Source: an uncultured Ignavibacteriales bacterium (GTDB lineage: Bacteria; Zixibacteria; MSB-5A5; GN15; FEB-12). Taken from it: DNA of 64,000 nucleotides. The notes under the pieces were generated by a model. It did not search any database. It was not told where the DNA came from and saw only the letters and a list, made by a program, of their open reading frames with translations. Shown in pieces: positions 34,888 through 44,804 of the stretch. Each line of letters opens with the position of its first letter. Positions within the stretch are counted from its first letter, which is position 1. Both the position numbers and the translations under genes were made by a program. The stretch is from NCBI GenBank assembly GCA_964416195.1, contig CAYQDB010000008.1, positions 76,015 to 140,014 of the forward strand. The letters run 5' to 3'.

Positions 34888-36630
34888 ATGAGAATAACAG
34901 CCAGTCTCATATGTGTAGTTATGTTGCTTGCCTCAGGGCCAGTGCTGGCGTCACAGGTGACAAATGTGGCGCTGCAATACCAGGATGGTTCCGCCGTGGC
35001 TCATATCGACATCAAGGGCCCGGTTCGCTTTACGCACCAGATCGAGGAGGCGAAAGACGGCAAGCCGTTCCGGGTTATCGTCGATGTACTGTCTGCCACG
35101 CATAACCTGCCAGCAAAGAACTTCTCCTCGCTGCCAGAATGTCCAGTTCAGAAAATCCGTACGAGCCAGTACGCAGTCACGCCGGAGAAAGTTGTTCGTG
35201 TGGTTTATGATATGGAGGAGGAAACTTTCTATCGTGTGGACTCTGATGATAAATCCATCACTCTGTTCTTTCCCGATAAGCAACAACGGAGATTTGCCGT
35301 TTGGTCGTCAACTGCCTATGCGACCACCTCCGATGCTGGGAAGCTGACGCCGCCAGAGAAACCCAGTTCGGAACATGTCAGCACTTCGCCCGCTCGCGCG
35401 GAGGAAGAAAACAAGACGGCGGCTGAGCTTAACGAGGCCATTGACCAGGATCGGTTGTTGAGCCTTGCGGGGAAACCGGCTCAGGAGAAACCTGTACCGG
35501 CTGCCAAGAGGCAAGAGCCTTCGAGCGACAAGAAGACCCAAGTTGAGAAGTCTCCTTCGGTCAAGGAACAACAACGGCAGGTGCCGGCGGTCGTTGTTGA
35601 TGTTCCTTATGGCCCAGAGCTTGACCCCGATTTGCTTGAGCCGCCGATATCGAGTGCTCTTGCTGAAGCCTCCGCGGCTCGGCAGGCAAAGGGGCAAAAA
35701 CCACCTGTAGTTGCTTCTCGTCAGCCTGATACCGAGAGGCTAGTTAGTCAATCTGAAAAGGCGCAGACGGAGATTGGTAGCAAACAGGTGGTTGTAACTG
35801 GTGAAGCTACGCAGCCTGCCAAACCAGAGACAGAATTAACCGAACCAAAACAGAAAAAGCCTGCGGTGGTCCAAAAGGAGATTGCCCAGACTTCGCCGGA
35901 TGACAACAAGACTGCGGAGGTGGGCGTCAAGTCAGAGCAGGCTGTAGTGCCAACTCCTGCTGTAGCCAAGAAGGCCCAGACGAAAGTTCCACAGCAGAAA
36001 ACGTCATCTCCTGTTGAAAAGAAACAGCCGTCAGCGAAACCTGTTAAGGCAGATAAGCAAGCAGGGCCAGTGCTTGCCTCGGCAAGCAATCAGGATATGC
36101 CAGAGGCGGCTGAGAAGAACGCGCCAAAGAAGGTAACGACGCCCCCGAGTACGACCACCGCTGATCAGAAGAAGGCAAAAGCGTCTCAGGATTCTACTGC
36201 CACTTTGAAGGATAAGAAGAGCAGTGGTAATAAACCGTCCACTTCACGATTCCGCCGTAGCCCGACTCTTCCTACAAAGATCAAGGGGACGTTAGTTGCA
36301 GAATTTCCCAAGAGGCTGGTCATAAAATACAAGGCACGGAATTACCGAGACCCATTCGAAACCCTGATCAACGAGACAAAGACATACAATAGCCCAATAG
36401 AGAGAAGAATTCCCAATGTCGAAGGCTTGACATTAGTGGGCGTTCTCGAATCAGAAAATGGAATCAACAGCGCTCTGTTCGAAGATAAAAATGGCTACGG
36501 CTATATTCTCAAAGAAGGTGACAAGGTGCGGAAAGGATATGTTCTGCGGGTTGAGCGCGACCGTGTCTACTTCCAGGTATTCGAGTATGGGTGGAGCCGT
36601 ACGGTGGCGTTGAACATTGACGAAGATTGA
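34888..36630 (+). CDS. AMIN domain + about 300-aa low-complexity linker + PilP-like domain (fusion)
   Basis: Signal peptide. AMIN pattern 'VTNVALQYQDGSAVAHIDIKGPVRFTHQ...FRVIVDVLSA...VQKIRTSQY...VVRVVYDMEE'. P/K/Q/E/A-rich linker. C-terminal 'YRDPFETL...LTLVGVLESENGINSALFEDKNGYGYILKEGDKV..GYVLRVERDRVYF' (PilP-like). AGGAGG lies 11 nt upstream of the ATG at 34888. An alternative GTG start lies at 34876. Confidence 0.7.
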   Translation: MRITASLICVVMLLASGPVLASQVTNVALQYQDGSAVAHIDIKGPVRFTHQIEEAKDGKPFRVIVDVLSATHNLPAKNFSSLPECPVQKIRTSQYAVTPEKVVRVVYDMEEETFYRVDSDDKSITLFFPDKQQRRFAVWSSTAYATTSDAGKLTPPEKPSSEHVSTSPARAEEENKTAAELNEAIDQDRLLSLAGKPAQEKPVPAAKRQEPSSDKKTQVEKSPSVKEQQRQVPAVVVDVPYGPELDPDLLEPPISSALAEASAARQAKGQKPPVVASRQPDTERLVSQSEKAQTEIGSKQVVVTGEATQPAKPETELTEPKQKKPAVVQKEIAQTSPDDNKTAEVGVKSEQAVVPTPAVAKKAQTKVPQQKTSSPVEKKQPSAKPVKADKQAGPVLASASNQDMPEAAEKNAPKKVTTPPSTTTADQKKAKASQDSTATLKDKKSSGNKPSTSRFRRSPTLPTKIKGTLVAEFPKRLVIKYKARNYRDPFETLINETKTYNSPIERRIPNVEGLTLVGVLESENGINSALFEDKNGYGYILKEGDKVRKGYVLRVERDRVYFQVFEYGWSRTVALNIDED

Positions 36631-36646
36631 CGAAAGGCAGGTGTAG

Positions 36647-37936
36647 ATGATGACGAGCAAAAGATACAGAAAGTTGTTGCTGTTGTTGGGATTTCTCGGA
36701 GTCGTGACTGTATCCTTGACGCAAGCAATCGCTGAGGAAAAGGCGGACCCGACCACTCCCATAAAAAACCTGCAGTTCCAATCCGCCGACATAAGGTCTG
36801 TCCTAACGTTTCTGGCTGATTACGGCGGCGTCAATGTAGTCGTCGCTCCGGAAGTCAGCGGGACGGTGACGATCAAGCTGAGCGATGTCATGTGGCGTGC
36901 TGCGATGGATATCATCGGCCGTACGTATGACCTTGCTATCGTTGACGAGGAGGCCGGCTATATTCGTGTTCTTCCGGCTGAGGCCTACCGGAAAGAGGTT
37001 ACGGAACAGGAAAAACACAAGATGGAGCAACGCCAGTTAGCCGCCTTGGAAACAAAGATTGTCAAGATTTCCAACTCGACTTCAGATGACATAGTAAAGG
37101 CCGTTAAGTCGCTTATGACGGATCGAGGTCAGGCAACTAGCGACGCCCGGTCCAACTCTATCATCATCCAGGAAGTCCCGACAAATATGGCCAATGTGCT
37201 TGAATTTATTGCTGAACTGGATAAGCCGGCACTCCAGATTAAGATCTCCGCTCAGCTTCTGGAAATCTGGTCCACAGACTTGGAAGAGCTGGGGATCAAC
37301 TGGCATGGTCAGGGGACATATACGACAGAGTCGGGACGTGAGTTTCCCCAGAGCGGCGAAGTGAATGCCAATCGTAGCGCGGATGTAGTGGCTCGGTACA
37401 CGGTGACTGCTTTGCAGCATGGATGGTCGGTCGATGCTATCGTCGAAGCAATCGTGAACAACCGCAAAGGCAAGATCATAGCCCATCCTGAGATTACGAC
37501 AGTCGACAACAAAGAAGCCAAGATTCAAATGGGGCAAAAGATCCCGGTTAAGCAGTTCGATGAGTCTGGAAATGTCGTGATAAAGTTTGAGGAAGTCGGC
37601 ACCATTCTGAAGGTGACCCCGCACATCACCGCTGAGAACCAGATTCTTCTGGATCTGAATCCGGAGCGTTCGACATACGAATTTGATCCCAATGGAGTTA
37701 TCATAAATACAAGCAATGCCTCGACCAATGTGATCGTTTCCAGTGGTCAGACGGCCGTCATCGGCGGGCTCACTACTGAAGATGAAGTGGAAAGCGAGGT
37801 AGGGGTGCCGTTGTTAAAGGACATCCCGCTTCTGGGGCGGCTGTTCAAATTCAGCAATAAGCGGATGGAAAATCGTGACTTGGTGATCTTTGTTACGCCG
37901 ACCATCGTTGATGAAAAGTTGGCCCAGGGCCAGTGA
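36647..37936 (+). CDS. pilQ: Type IV pilus secretin PilQ (no AMIN domain)
   Basis: STN/N0 'LQFQSADIRSVLTFLADYGGVNVVV', an N1 domain, and secretin C-domain 'VPLLKDIPLLGRLFKFSNKRMENRDLVIFVTPTIV'. Confidence 0.9.
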   Translation: MMTSKRYRKLLLLLGFLGVVTVSLTQAIAEEKADPTTPIKNLQFQSADIRSVLTFLADYGGVNVVVAPEVSGTVTIKLSDVMWRAAMDIIGRTYDLAIVDEEAGYIRVLPAEAYRKEVTEQEKHKMEQRQLAALETKIVKISNSTSDDIVKAVKSLMTDRGQATSDARSNSIIIQEVPTNMANVLEFIAELDKPALQIKISAQLLEIWSTDLEELGINWHGQGTYTTESGREFPQSGEVNANRSADVVARYTVTALQHGWSVDAIVEAIVNNRKGKIIAHPEITTVDNKEAKIQMGQKIPVKQFDESGNVVIKFEEVGTILKVTPHITAENQILLDLNPERSTYEFDPNGVIINTSNASTNVIVSSGQTAVIGGLTTEDEVESEVGVPLLKDIPLLGRLFKFSNKRMENRDLVIFVTPTIVDEKLAQGQ

Positions 37937-37984
37937 TGCTCAACGGCATGGCAGGTTACACCTAAGATCGACAAGGAAAAGCTT

Positions 37985-40102
37985 ATGAAAGAGGCAGGAG
38001 AAGCCATGAAAAAACACAGGGCGATACATTGCACCGTTACAGGGCTGGCCATAGTCAGCTTTGCGGTCCTGGCAATAGTGGGATGCTCCTCAAAGAGTGT
38101 TCTGGACGAGAATCCTGATGGCACGATCTCAATCACGGTCAGTCCTGATTCCGTCGGCGTCGGCTCTACGGTCGTGGTTGAAGCTACTGTCCAAAAGGAT
38201 GGAGAGCCACTGGCGGATCAGGTTGTGGGTTTCGCCTGCGATCCCGTTACAGCCGGGTCGTTCTCGCCGGAGGTGGACACAACGGGCAGCGACGGTGTAG
38301 CAGCATCGGTTTTCACTACCTCCAGTTCTGGCTCAGTAGAAATATGGGTGGTTACCGGTGGAGGCAACGTGGCGAACATGGCCCGGGTTACAGTGACTCA
38401 AACGCAGCAGTCCGGTTCCGGAAACATAGATGTCACAGTATCGCCCAGTCTCCTGTTGGCCAACGGCTCTGACACTTCGGTGGTTACGGTAACGGTTCAA
38501 GACGATGTCGGGCAGCCGGCGCCGGATTCTACTCTGATAAAGATTACAGCCGGAGAGAGATTTGTCGACGTGGATGAGAACGGCTACTGGTCGGAGGGTA
38601 TTGATTCCCTCGTTTATGACGCTAACGGCAATGAGCAGTGGGACGCTATTGGGATAGTCCCCTCGACAGCTCTGACGACCGGCGGAACCGGGACGGCTGT
38701 CGTCAACTATATTGCAGGCAGTGATGCCCTAACGGTCTACATAAAGGCCACCGTGGATGACAACGGCATTAAGGGTTTTGCCGATGCTTCCTTGCAGCTA
38801 TCTTCGAATGCCTCAATCAACTCGATATACCTGGCTTCCGATTCGATCAACCTGGTGGTAAAGCAGACCGGCGGTATTGAGACGGCTCTGTTGTATGCCA
38901 CGGGCTACGATATTAATGGTAATTCGGTGCCCGAGGGTCTGGTAGTCAACTTCATCATCACCGATGGTCCCGGCGGCGGCGAACGGCTGGGAACTGTAGG
39001 ATATGGGCCTTACCAGGCTGTGACCAATTGTCAGGGAGTGGCCATGGCGCCGATCCAATCGGGAACCATTTCAGGGACGATACGGATCCGAGCCTATGCC
39101 GACACGATTCTGTCCAACGCTACGCAGGTGATGGTCTCTGCCGGTCCCCCGGCCTACATTGTGGTCGGTTCCGAGTTCTGTAACGTCGATTACTGGGATG
39201 ACGTATGTGATGAAGTCAAAATCTGCGCGGTCGTTTCAGATATATATTTGAATCCGGTGAATGATTCCACAGTCGTCTATTTCACGACTGATGAAGGCAC
39301 CATGAAGTCCCACGAAGAGCGGACTAAAGATATGGAAGGTATGGCGTGCACTAAATGGATTGCCGGCACCAATGTGCCGACCGCTGATGGCCGCGTGCTC
39401 ATCATTGCGGAGACAGCCGGTGGTACCGTCATCGACACTGGTATGTTCTACAATTCCCACCTTGTGGACACTCTCATTGTCCAAGGTGTGCCCGCCTGGA
39501 TGCCAGCTGATGGCGCTACCTATGTGACGGTGAGGGTCTCAGGTTACGACTTCAATGGCAATCCGGTCATCGGCGGAACAACCTTCAGGGCCGACGCAAA
39601 GTATTTGAGCGTCCAGGGAGGAACGCTGGAGGATGGCTGCTATTCGGCGTCGGATCAAGTGAAAATCACTTCCACGACGCTGAATATAGACAAGTCTTTG
39701 ACGGGTGGGAACGATGATGGCATCGGTGCCTACGATACCGTCTATTACTGGAAAGCAGCTTCAGCCGTCAGTACCTTCCCCATTCAGATCCTTACCTTCG
39801 ATGCCTACCGGGGCAATTGCAGCGTAAATGGACTATCCTCGGTAAATCCGGGAGGGGATGTATATTTCAGTGTTACGATAAAAGACAGATTTGGCAACCC
39901 GCTTGGCGACCACACGCTTAATATGATCGCTTCCGGTGGAACGGTTAGCGGGGCGACTCAAGAGACCGACGGATACGGAGAGGCCAACGGATTTATTTGG
40001 ACAGCCCCAGCGATTGCCGGTGATTACACCATAACAGTTACCGACGTTGACCCGAGAGGTAGTGGAATTGCTCTCAGCAAGACGGTCACTGTTGAGGAAT
40101 AA
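37985..40102 (+). CDS. Large surface lipoprotein with multiple bacterial Ig-like (Big_1/invasin-like) domains
   Basis: Lipobox 'LAIVGCSS'. Repeated 'TVSP..(L/V)..(G)S(D)T..V(T)V..D..G.P' modules (for example 'DVTVSPSLLLANGSDTSVVTVTVQDDVGQP' and 'FSVTIKDRFGNPLGDH'). An alternative start lies at 38006. Confidence 0.7.
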   Translation: MKEAGEAMKKHRAIHCTVTGLAIVSFAVLAIVGCSSKSVLDENPDGTISITVSPDSVGVGSTVVVEATVQKDGEPLADQVVGFACDPVTAGSFSPEVDTTGSDGVAASVFTTSSSGSVEIWVVTGGGNVANMARVTVTQTQQSGSGNIDVTVSPSLLLANGSDTSVVTVTVQDDVGQPAPDSTLIKITAGERFVDVDENGYWSEGIDSLVYDANGNEQWDAIGIVPSTALTTGGTGTAVVNYIAGSDALTVYIKATVDDNGIKGFADASLQLSSNASINSIYLASDSINLVVKQTGGIETALLYATGYDINGNSVPEGLVVNFIITDGPGGGERLGTVGYGPYQAVTNCQGVAMAPIQSGTISGTIRIRAYADTILSNATQVMVSAGPPAYIVVGSEFCNVDYWDDVCDEVKICAVVSDIYLNPVNDSTVVYFTTDEGTMKSHEERTKDMEGMACTKWIAGTNVPTADGRVLIIAETAGGTVIDTGMFYNSHLVDTLIVQGVPAWMPADGATYVTVRVSGYDFNGNPVIGGTTFRADAKYLSVQGGTLEDGCYSASDQVKITSTTLNIDKSLTGGNDDGIGAYDTVYYWKAASAVSTFPIQILTFDAYRGNCSVNGLSSVNPGGDVYFSVTIKDRFGNPLGDHTLNMIASGGTVSGATQETDGYGEANGFIWTAPAIAGDYTITVTDVDPRGSGIALSKTVTVEE

Positions 40103-40130
40103 CTTTGTAATTGCATAGATTACATGAATG

Positions 40131-40160
40131 ACCGCCGGGGAGCGCCTCGGCGGTTTTTTT
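40131..40160 (+). terminator. Rho-independent terminator
   Basis: ACCGCCGGGG-agcg-CCTCGGCGGT stem (one mismatch) followed by a T7 run. Confidence 0.75.
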
Positions 40161-40191
40161 ATGTGTGTATACTCTATCATCCGCAGATGTA

Positions 40192-40297
40192 TAGGTTGGG
40201 TTCTGAGCCCGCTCCGCCTAAGGCGGACAGTCGAAAAACCTGACAAGCCATCTGTCGGGTTTCTTACCACCTTCGGTGTCTGCGGAACCCGACCTAC
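40192..40297. repeat. Second full copy of the nested inverted-repeat element
   Basis: TAGGTTGGGTTCTG...AAACCTGACA...TGTCGGGTTT...CGGAACCCGACCTAC. Collinear with 22270-22378, including the shared 'CACCTTCGG(C/T)G(C/T)CTGCGGAACCCGACCTAC'. Confidence 0.85.
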
Positions 40298-40387
40298 ATC
40301 TCTGGGTTACGGACGGAGCTAAATGCTACTTATGGCCGTGTGGCTTTTTTCTTTTCAGTAGAAAGTTTTGTGCATAAATTGGGGGCA

Positions 40388-42055
40388 ATGGCGGCACTTT
40401 TACATATGCAAACATACCCAGGCGCCACTATCTACTCAGCTTTTGAGAAGGTGGCACAGGAGCATCCCGGCCGGATCGCTTTTAAGGCGGAAGGTGGCCG
40501 GGGGCGGAGTTACACCTATGGCGAGGTGTGCACAATCGTTGAGCAATTGTCCTTAGGTCTGTCCCACCCGGAATATACAAAAAAAGCAGAGATAGGTATC
40601 CTGTCTGAAAATCGTCCGGAATGGGGGATTGCCTATCTGGCTATACTGGCCGCCCGTAAAACGGTGGTGCCGATAGACGCCAATCTGAAGGGAGACGAGG
40701 TCTCATTTATCATTGATAATGCTGGGTTGGATGTCATCTTTGCTTCGGGGCGTTTTGAGGATTTGTTGAAAAAGCTGCGCCCGGATATGAGAATACTTTC
40801 TTTTGAGGATGACTCGCCCAACAGTTGGATTAGGCTCACAGATGCCCAAGATCAGGCCCAGAAAAATCGCATAAGCAAGACAGCCGTTCTGATATATACT
40901 TCCGGCACAACCGGCAGGCCAAAGGCCGTGGAGCTTACTCACGAGAATATCCTGGCGAATCTCGAAGGAATCGAGTCGGGTCTCAAGTTCGATCACAACG
41001 ACACCTTTCTTTCGGTTTTACCTTTGCATCACACCTTTGAAGCCACCTGTGGCTTTCTTATCCCGCTCATGTCGGGAGCAACTATCGTCTACGCCCGATC
41101 ACTGAAGTCGAGAGATATTCTTGAGGACATTGCGTTCAACGGAGTCACCTTGATGTGCGGCGTGCCTCTGCTGTTTGAGAAAATGCACCATTCCATACAG
41201 CGCGGGATCGCTTCGGCGCCTCTTGGAAGACGGTTGGCGTTTCGTCTGCTCTATCTCCTTTCGACTGTGGGGTGGTCTCTTGGGCAAAGATGGGGCAAGC
41301 CGCTTTTTCGGAGCCTGAGAAATAAAGCCGGCATGGCATCAATCCGCATGTTTGTCTCCGGTGGCGCCGCGCTGCCGCCGAAAATTGCCCGTTTCTTTAA
41401 CCTGATCGGGTTCGATTTTTGTCAGGGGTATGGGATGACTGAATGCTCTCCGGTGATTTCTGTTAACCGTCCGGATAACGTTAAGTTTGGCTCGGTCGGG
41501 TCACCGCTTGAAAACATTGAAGTTAGAATTCACAATCCTGACCGCAGCGGCATCGGCGAGATACTCGTAAAAGGTGACAACGTTACTCCCGGCTATCGTG
41601 ATAACTCTGAGAAAACGGTGGAACTGATAATTGATGGTTGGTTGCACACCGGCGATCTGGGTAAGCTGAAAGATGGCCATCTCTGGATCACTGGTCGCAA
41701 GAAAAACATCATAATCTCTGCCGCCGGTAAGAACATCTATCCGGAAGAGCTGGAAGAGAGACTATTGGAGTCAAGCTGCATCCTCGAGGTAGTGGTTATT
41801 GGGCGCAAGAAGCAAAACAAGCAGGGTGAAGAAGTACGGGCGCTGGTGGTGCTGGATCTCAAGCAGATGGAGGCTGAATTTGGCATCTCTGCTGAAAGCC
41901 CGGATATGGAGAGAATTAGAGGGGTAATCTCAGCAGTAGTAAAAGACGTCAATGCCCATGTAGCGGACTACAAACGTATAGCCGGTTTTGACGTGCAACT
42001 TGAGGAGCTGGAAAAGACGTCTACGAAGAAAGTGAAAAGATTCTTATACAGGTAG
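40388..42055 (+). CDS. Long-chain acyl-CoA synthetase (AMP-forming, ANL superfamily)
   Basis: AMP-binding 'LIYTSGTTGRPKAVELTHENI', 'GYGMTECSP', 'WLHTGDLG' and 'KNIIISAAGKNIYPEELE'. The start is uncertain, with in-frame candidates at 40340 (GTG), 40388 and 40406. Confidence 0.85.
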   Translation: MAALLHMQTYPGATIYSAFEKVAQEHPGRIAFKAEGGRGRSYTYGEVCTIVEQLSLGLSHPEYTKKAEIGILSENRPEWGIAYLAILAARKTVVPIDANLKGDEVSFIIDNAGLDVIFASGRFEDLLKKLRPDMRILSFEDDSPNSWIRLTDAQDQAQKNRISKTAVLIYTSGTTGRPKAVELTHENILANLEGIESGLKFDHNDTFLSVLPLHHTFEATCGFLIPLMSGATIVYARSLKSRDILEDIAFNGVTLMCGVPLLFEKMHHSIQRGIASAPLGRRLAFRLLYLLSTVGWSLGQRWGKPLFRSLRNKAGMASIRMFVSGGAALPPKIARFFNLIGFDFCQGYGMTECSPVISVNRPDNVKFGSVGSPLENIEVRIHNPDRSGIGEILVKGDNVTPGYRDNSEKTVELIIDGWLHTGDLGKLKDGHLWITGRKKNIIISAAGKNIYPEELEERLLESSCILEVVVIGRKKQNKQGEEVRALVVLDLKQMEAEFGISAESPDMERIRGVISAVVKDVNAHVADYKRIAGFDVQLEELEKTSTKKVKRFLYR

Positions 42056-42097
42056 TCAGCGAGATTTTCAATGTAAACCGATAGGTTAGGCTTCAAT

Positions 42098-42514
42098 ATG
42101 ATCAAGACCCAGGAAATCAACTTTAAAACCGGCGGGCCAGGGGATATTATCGATATAACATCCGAACTGGAGAGTGCCGTCAGGAAATCCTGTCTGAGCT
42201 CAGGGACAATCACCGCCTTTGTCCCCGGTTCTACCGGCGGTATCACAACTATTGAATATGAGCCGGGATTGCTGAAAGATTTGCCTGAGTTGATGGAAAA
42301 GCTGGTACCTTCTGATCGGCCCTACGAGCACGATAATACCTGGCACGACGGCAACGGTTTCTCGCATCTTCGCTCTGCTCTGGTTGGTCCCGATATCACT
42401 GTGCCGTTCACCGGTGGGAAGCTTTTACTGGGTACTTGGCAGCAGGTGGTCTTTTTAGAGTTCGATAATCGCCCCCGGACACGACGTGTCATTTTTCAGA
42501 TCATTGGGGAGTAG
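42098..42514 (+). CDS. YjbQ/UPF0047 family protein (secondary thiamine-phosphate synthase-like)
   Basis: 'ITAFVPGSTGGITTIEYEPG', 'HDNTWHDGNGFSHLRSALVGP', 'GTWQQVVFLEFD'. Confidence 0.88.
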   Translation: MIKTQEINFKTGGPGDIIDITSELESAVRKSCLSSGTITAFVPGSTGGITTIEYEPGLLKDLPELMEKLVPSDRPYEHDNTWHDGNGFSHLRSALVGPDITVPFTGGKLLLGTWQQVVFLEFDNRPRTRRVIFQIIGE

Positions 42515-42522
42515 CTGCAGCG

Positions 42523-43527
42523 ATGAAATTTAAGACCCTTGAGCGCCTCGGCAATAAGCTGCGTTTGCTCGATCAAACAAAGTTGCCTCTCCAAGTGAAA
42601 TACTATGATCTTGACAACTACAAAGAGGTCATCGAAGCGATAAAGCTGCTTAAAGTGCGCGGCGCCCCGGCGATTGGGATTGCCGCCGCCTACGGGATGG
42701 CAATTGCCGTCGAGCAATCGCGGAGGTATGACCTCGATTATCTGCGAAAGGTAGCCTGTGAGATTAAGGACGCCCGTCCTACGGCGGTAAATCTCGCTTG
42801 GGCTGTGGACAGGGTGGTTGCAAAACTGTCCGTGAACGTTCCAGATTCTTTAGAGGGAATCTTGTCCCTTATGTGGGGGGAGGCGGAGGCTATTCACGAG
42901 GAAGACCGCCTGCTCTGCGAGAAAATGGGCAGACATGGCGCCGAGCTTATCAAAGATGGCGACATTGTCCTGACCCACTGCAACGCCGGGGCGTTGGCCA
43001 CCGGCGGTATCGGCACCGCCTTGGGAGTCATCTATACCTGCCGCGATCAAGGCAAGAATGTCAAAGTGTTTGCCAACGAAACCCGTCCCCTTTTACAGGG
43101 TGCACGTTTAACTGCCTGGGAACTTCAGCAGGAGGGAATTGACGTTACCCTTATCTGTGATAACGTAGCCGGGATGCTTATGTATCAGGGGAAGATCGAC
43201 CACGCAATTGTCGGGGCGGACAGGATAGCTCGAAACGGTGATGTAGCCAACAAGATTGGTACGTACTCGATAGCGATTTTGGCCCACCGACACAATGTGC
43301 CTTTCTATGTTGCGGCTCCCTATTCCACTTTTGATAATCAAATTGAATCAGGCGAACGGATTCCTATTGAGGAGCGCTCGCAGTTAGAGGTTATCGAAGG
43401 TTTCGGGAGGCGTACCGCTCCTGAGGGGGTTAAGGTTTATTCACCTGCTTTTGATGTCACTCCCCACGACCTGGTATCGTACTACATCACTGATGAGGGG
43501 CTGAAGCCGGGGGGAAGGAAGAGTTAA
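42523..43527 (+). CDS. mtnA: S-methyl-5-thioribose-1-phosphate isomerase (eIF-2B alpha/beta/delta-like)
   Basis: 'LRLLDQTKLP', 'VRGAPAIGIAAAYG', 'TRPLLQGARLTAWEL', 'VGADRIARNGDVANKIGTY'. Confidence 0.88.
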   Translation: MKFKTLERLGNKLRLLDQTKLPLQVKYYDLDNYKEVIEAIKLLKVRGAPAIGIAAAYGMAIAVEQSRRYDLDYLRKVACEIKDARPTAVNLAWAVDRVVAKLSVNVPDSLEGILSLMWGEAEAIHEEDRLLCEKMGRHGAELIKDGDIVLTHCNAGALATGGIGTALGVIYTCRDQGKNVKVFANETRPLLQGARLTAWELQQEGIDVTLICDNVAGMLMYQGKIDHAIVGADRIARNGDVANKIGTYSIAILAHRHNVPFYVAAPYSTFDNQIESGERIPIEERSQLEVIEGFGRRTAPEGVKVYSPAFDVTPHDLVSYYITDEGLKPGGRKS

Positions 43528-43585
43528 AGTTGATTCACACAGCACCGATATGTATATACATCCAGGCATGTGATGCCATTTATCT

Positions 43586-44227
43586 ATGAGCAAGACGAAG
43601 CAACAGAAGAAAGCCATGGCTGCTCTGAATTACGATCTTTTTCGGCTGGCAGACCAGTGTCCACCGGCCCCAGCAACAATATACAGCAAGATACAGCAGC
43701 ACGCCCGGCGGTCTACACTTCAGATAAATACCGAACCACTTAAGCTCTCACGATCGGAACTTCCCGGAATCGAGCAGCTCTATCGTATGTTTGACGTGTA
43801 CAATTGGACCTATTTTAAGGGAAAGCTTCCGAGAGTCAGCATTGAGTTCTCAAACCGTATGACGTCGGCCGGTTCATACCTGCCAGAGCGGAAGCTGATC
43901 AGGATCGGCAGAAAATACCACGAGATATTCCAAGATGAGATCGGCGATACGCTCAAGCATGAGATGCTCCATGTCCTTCACTTGAAGCACGATGCCGCCT
44001 TCAGAGTCGAGGCTGAGCGAGTTGGGGCATCGGTGAAGGCCAGGTCGCACCCGTCACTTCGCAGGCCATCGCGTTACATATACATCTGTGAAAACTGCGG
44101 CAGGCAGTTCCCAAGGCAGAAACGTCTGAGGATGGCGTCCTGCGGATACTGTACCTCAGGCAGGGAATTTGATCCACGTTTCAAATTGAAGCTGTTGAAA
44201 AGCGCTCGTCGTTCTCCTGCTTGTTGA
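43586..44227 (+). CDS. SprT-like zinc metalloprotease-domain protein with a C-terminal zinc ribbon
   Basis: 'LKHEMLHVLHL' (HExxH) in a SprT-like context ('YNWTYFKGKLP', 'MTSAGSY'). 'CENCGRQF...CGYC'. Confidence 0.8.
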   Translation: MSKTKQQKKAMAALNYDLFRLADQCPPAPATIYSKIQQHARRSTLQINTEPLKLSRSELPGIEQLYRMFDVYNWTYFKGKLPRVSIEFSNRMTSAGSYLPERKLIRIGRKYHEIFQDEIGDTLKHEMLHVLHLKHDAAFRVEAERVGASVKARSHPSLRRPSRYIYICENCGRQFPRQKRLRMASCGYCTSGREFDPRFKLKLLKSARRSPAC

Positions 44228-44501
44228 CCCCAATTTTAGTTTCTTTTTCGGAGTCGTCGTTTCCGGCTGGTTCCCCGGCGGGTGGTGAGGGCTTTATCAC
44301 TGCCGAAGAACTGTCCTCTTTGGCGAAACTTCTCAGCAGGCGCGCGAGTACTGCCTGAGGGTTACCGCTGCAACGGACTATGTGGCCCTTTTTTGATACG
44401 CGCAACCCGGCCTTTTTAGCCTGCTTACGGGCGGCCTCCTCGCCAACCTGCTCAGCCTGTTTCTTGACAGCCCGTTCAAAGACGTTCAGATATGTTTTCA
44501 T
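44181..44501 (-). CDS. Hypothetical small basic protein (uncertain)
   Basis: 106-aa ORF. Its 3' end overlaps the convergent SprT-like gene by 47 nt. No recognisable motif. Confidence 0.35.
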   Translation of the reverse strand: MKTYLNVFERAVKKQAEQVGEEAARKQAKKAGLRVSKKGHIVRCSGNPQAVLARLLRSFAKEDSSSAVIKPSPPAGEPAGNDDSEKETKIGVNKQENDERFSTASI

Positions 44502-44648
44502 AGCCCCACTTTTGAATTGTTCTGTCCTTGAATCTACGTCCTATATCGGTACAATACCGTTGCTACTTGAGTGCCAACCGGCCCGGAAGAAGTGGACTTA
44601 TAGAGCAGCTATGATATGATTTGTCAGTTGAATACAATTATTTTCTGT

Positions 44649-44760
44649 TCTACGTAGCGGCAGGGCTTGCCCCTGCTGGCAGAAAGGACACGTCAATAGG
44701 ACGACACAAGGTCGCCCCCTACACGAGAAAAGACAGTTGACTTTTGGGACAACCTCGTTC
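44649..44760. repeat. REP-like modules shared with other spacers
   Basis: 'CTACGTAGCGGCAGGGCTTGCCCCTGC' occurs in reverse-complement form at about 27590-27611 and 24563-24580. 'GACTTTTGGGACAACCTCG' (44736-44755) matches 27660-27679 with 1 mismatch. An inverted head '...GTCGCCCCCTAC' is present. Confidence 0.7.
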
Positions 44761-44804
44761 TGCCACCTGATCTTTTGTTTTGGCTCTACATTTGCTTAAA
44801 CCCT

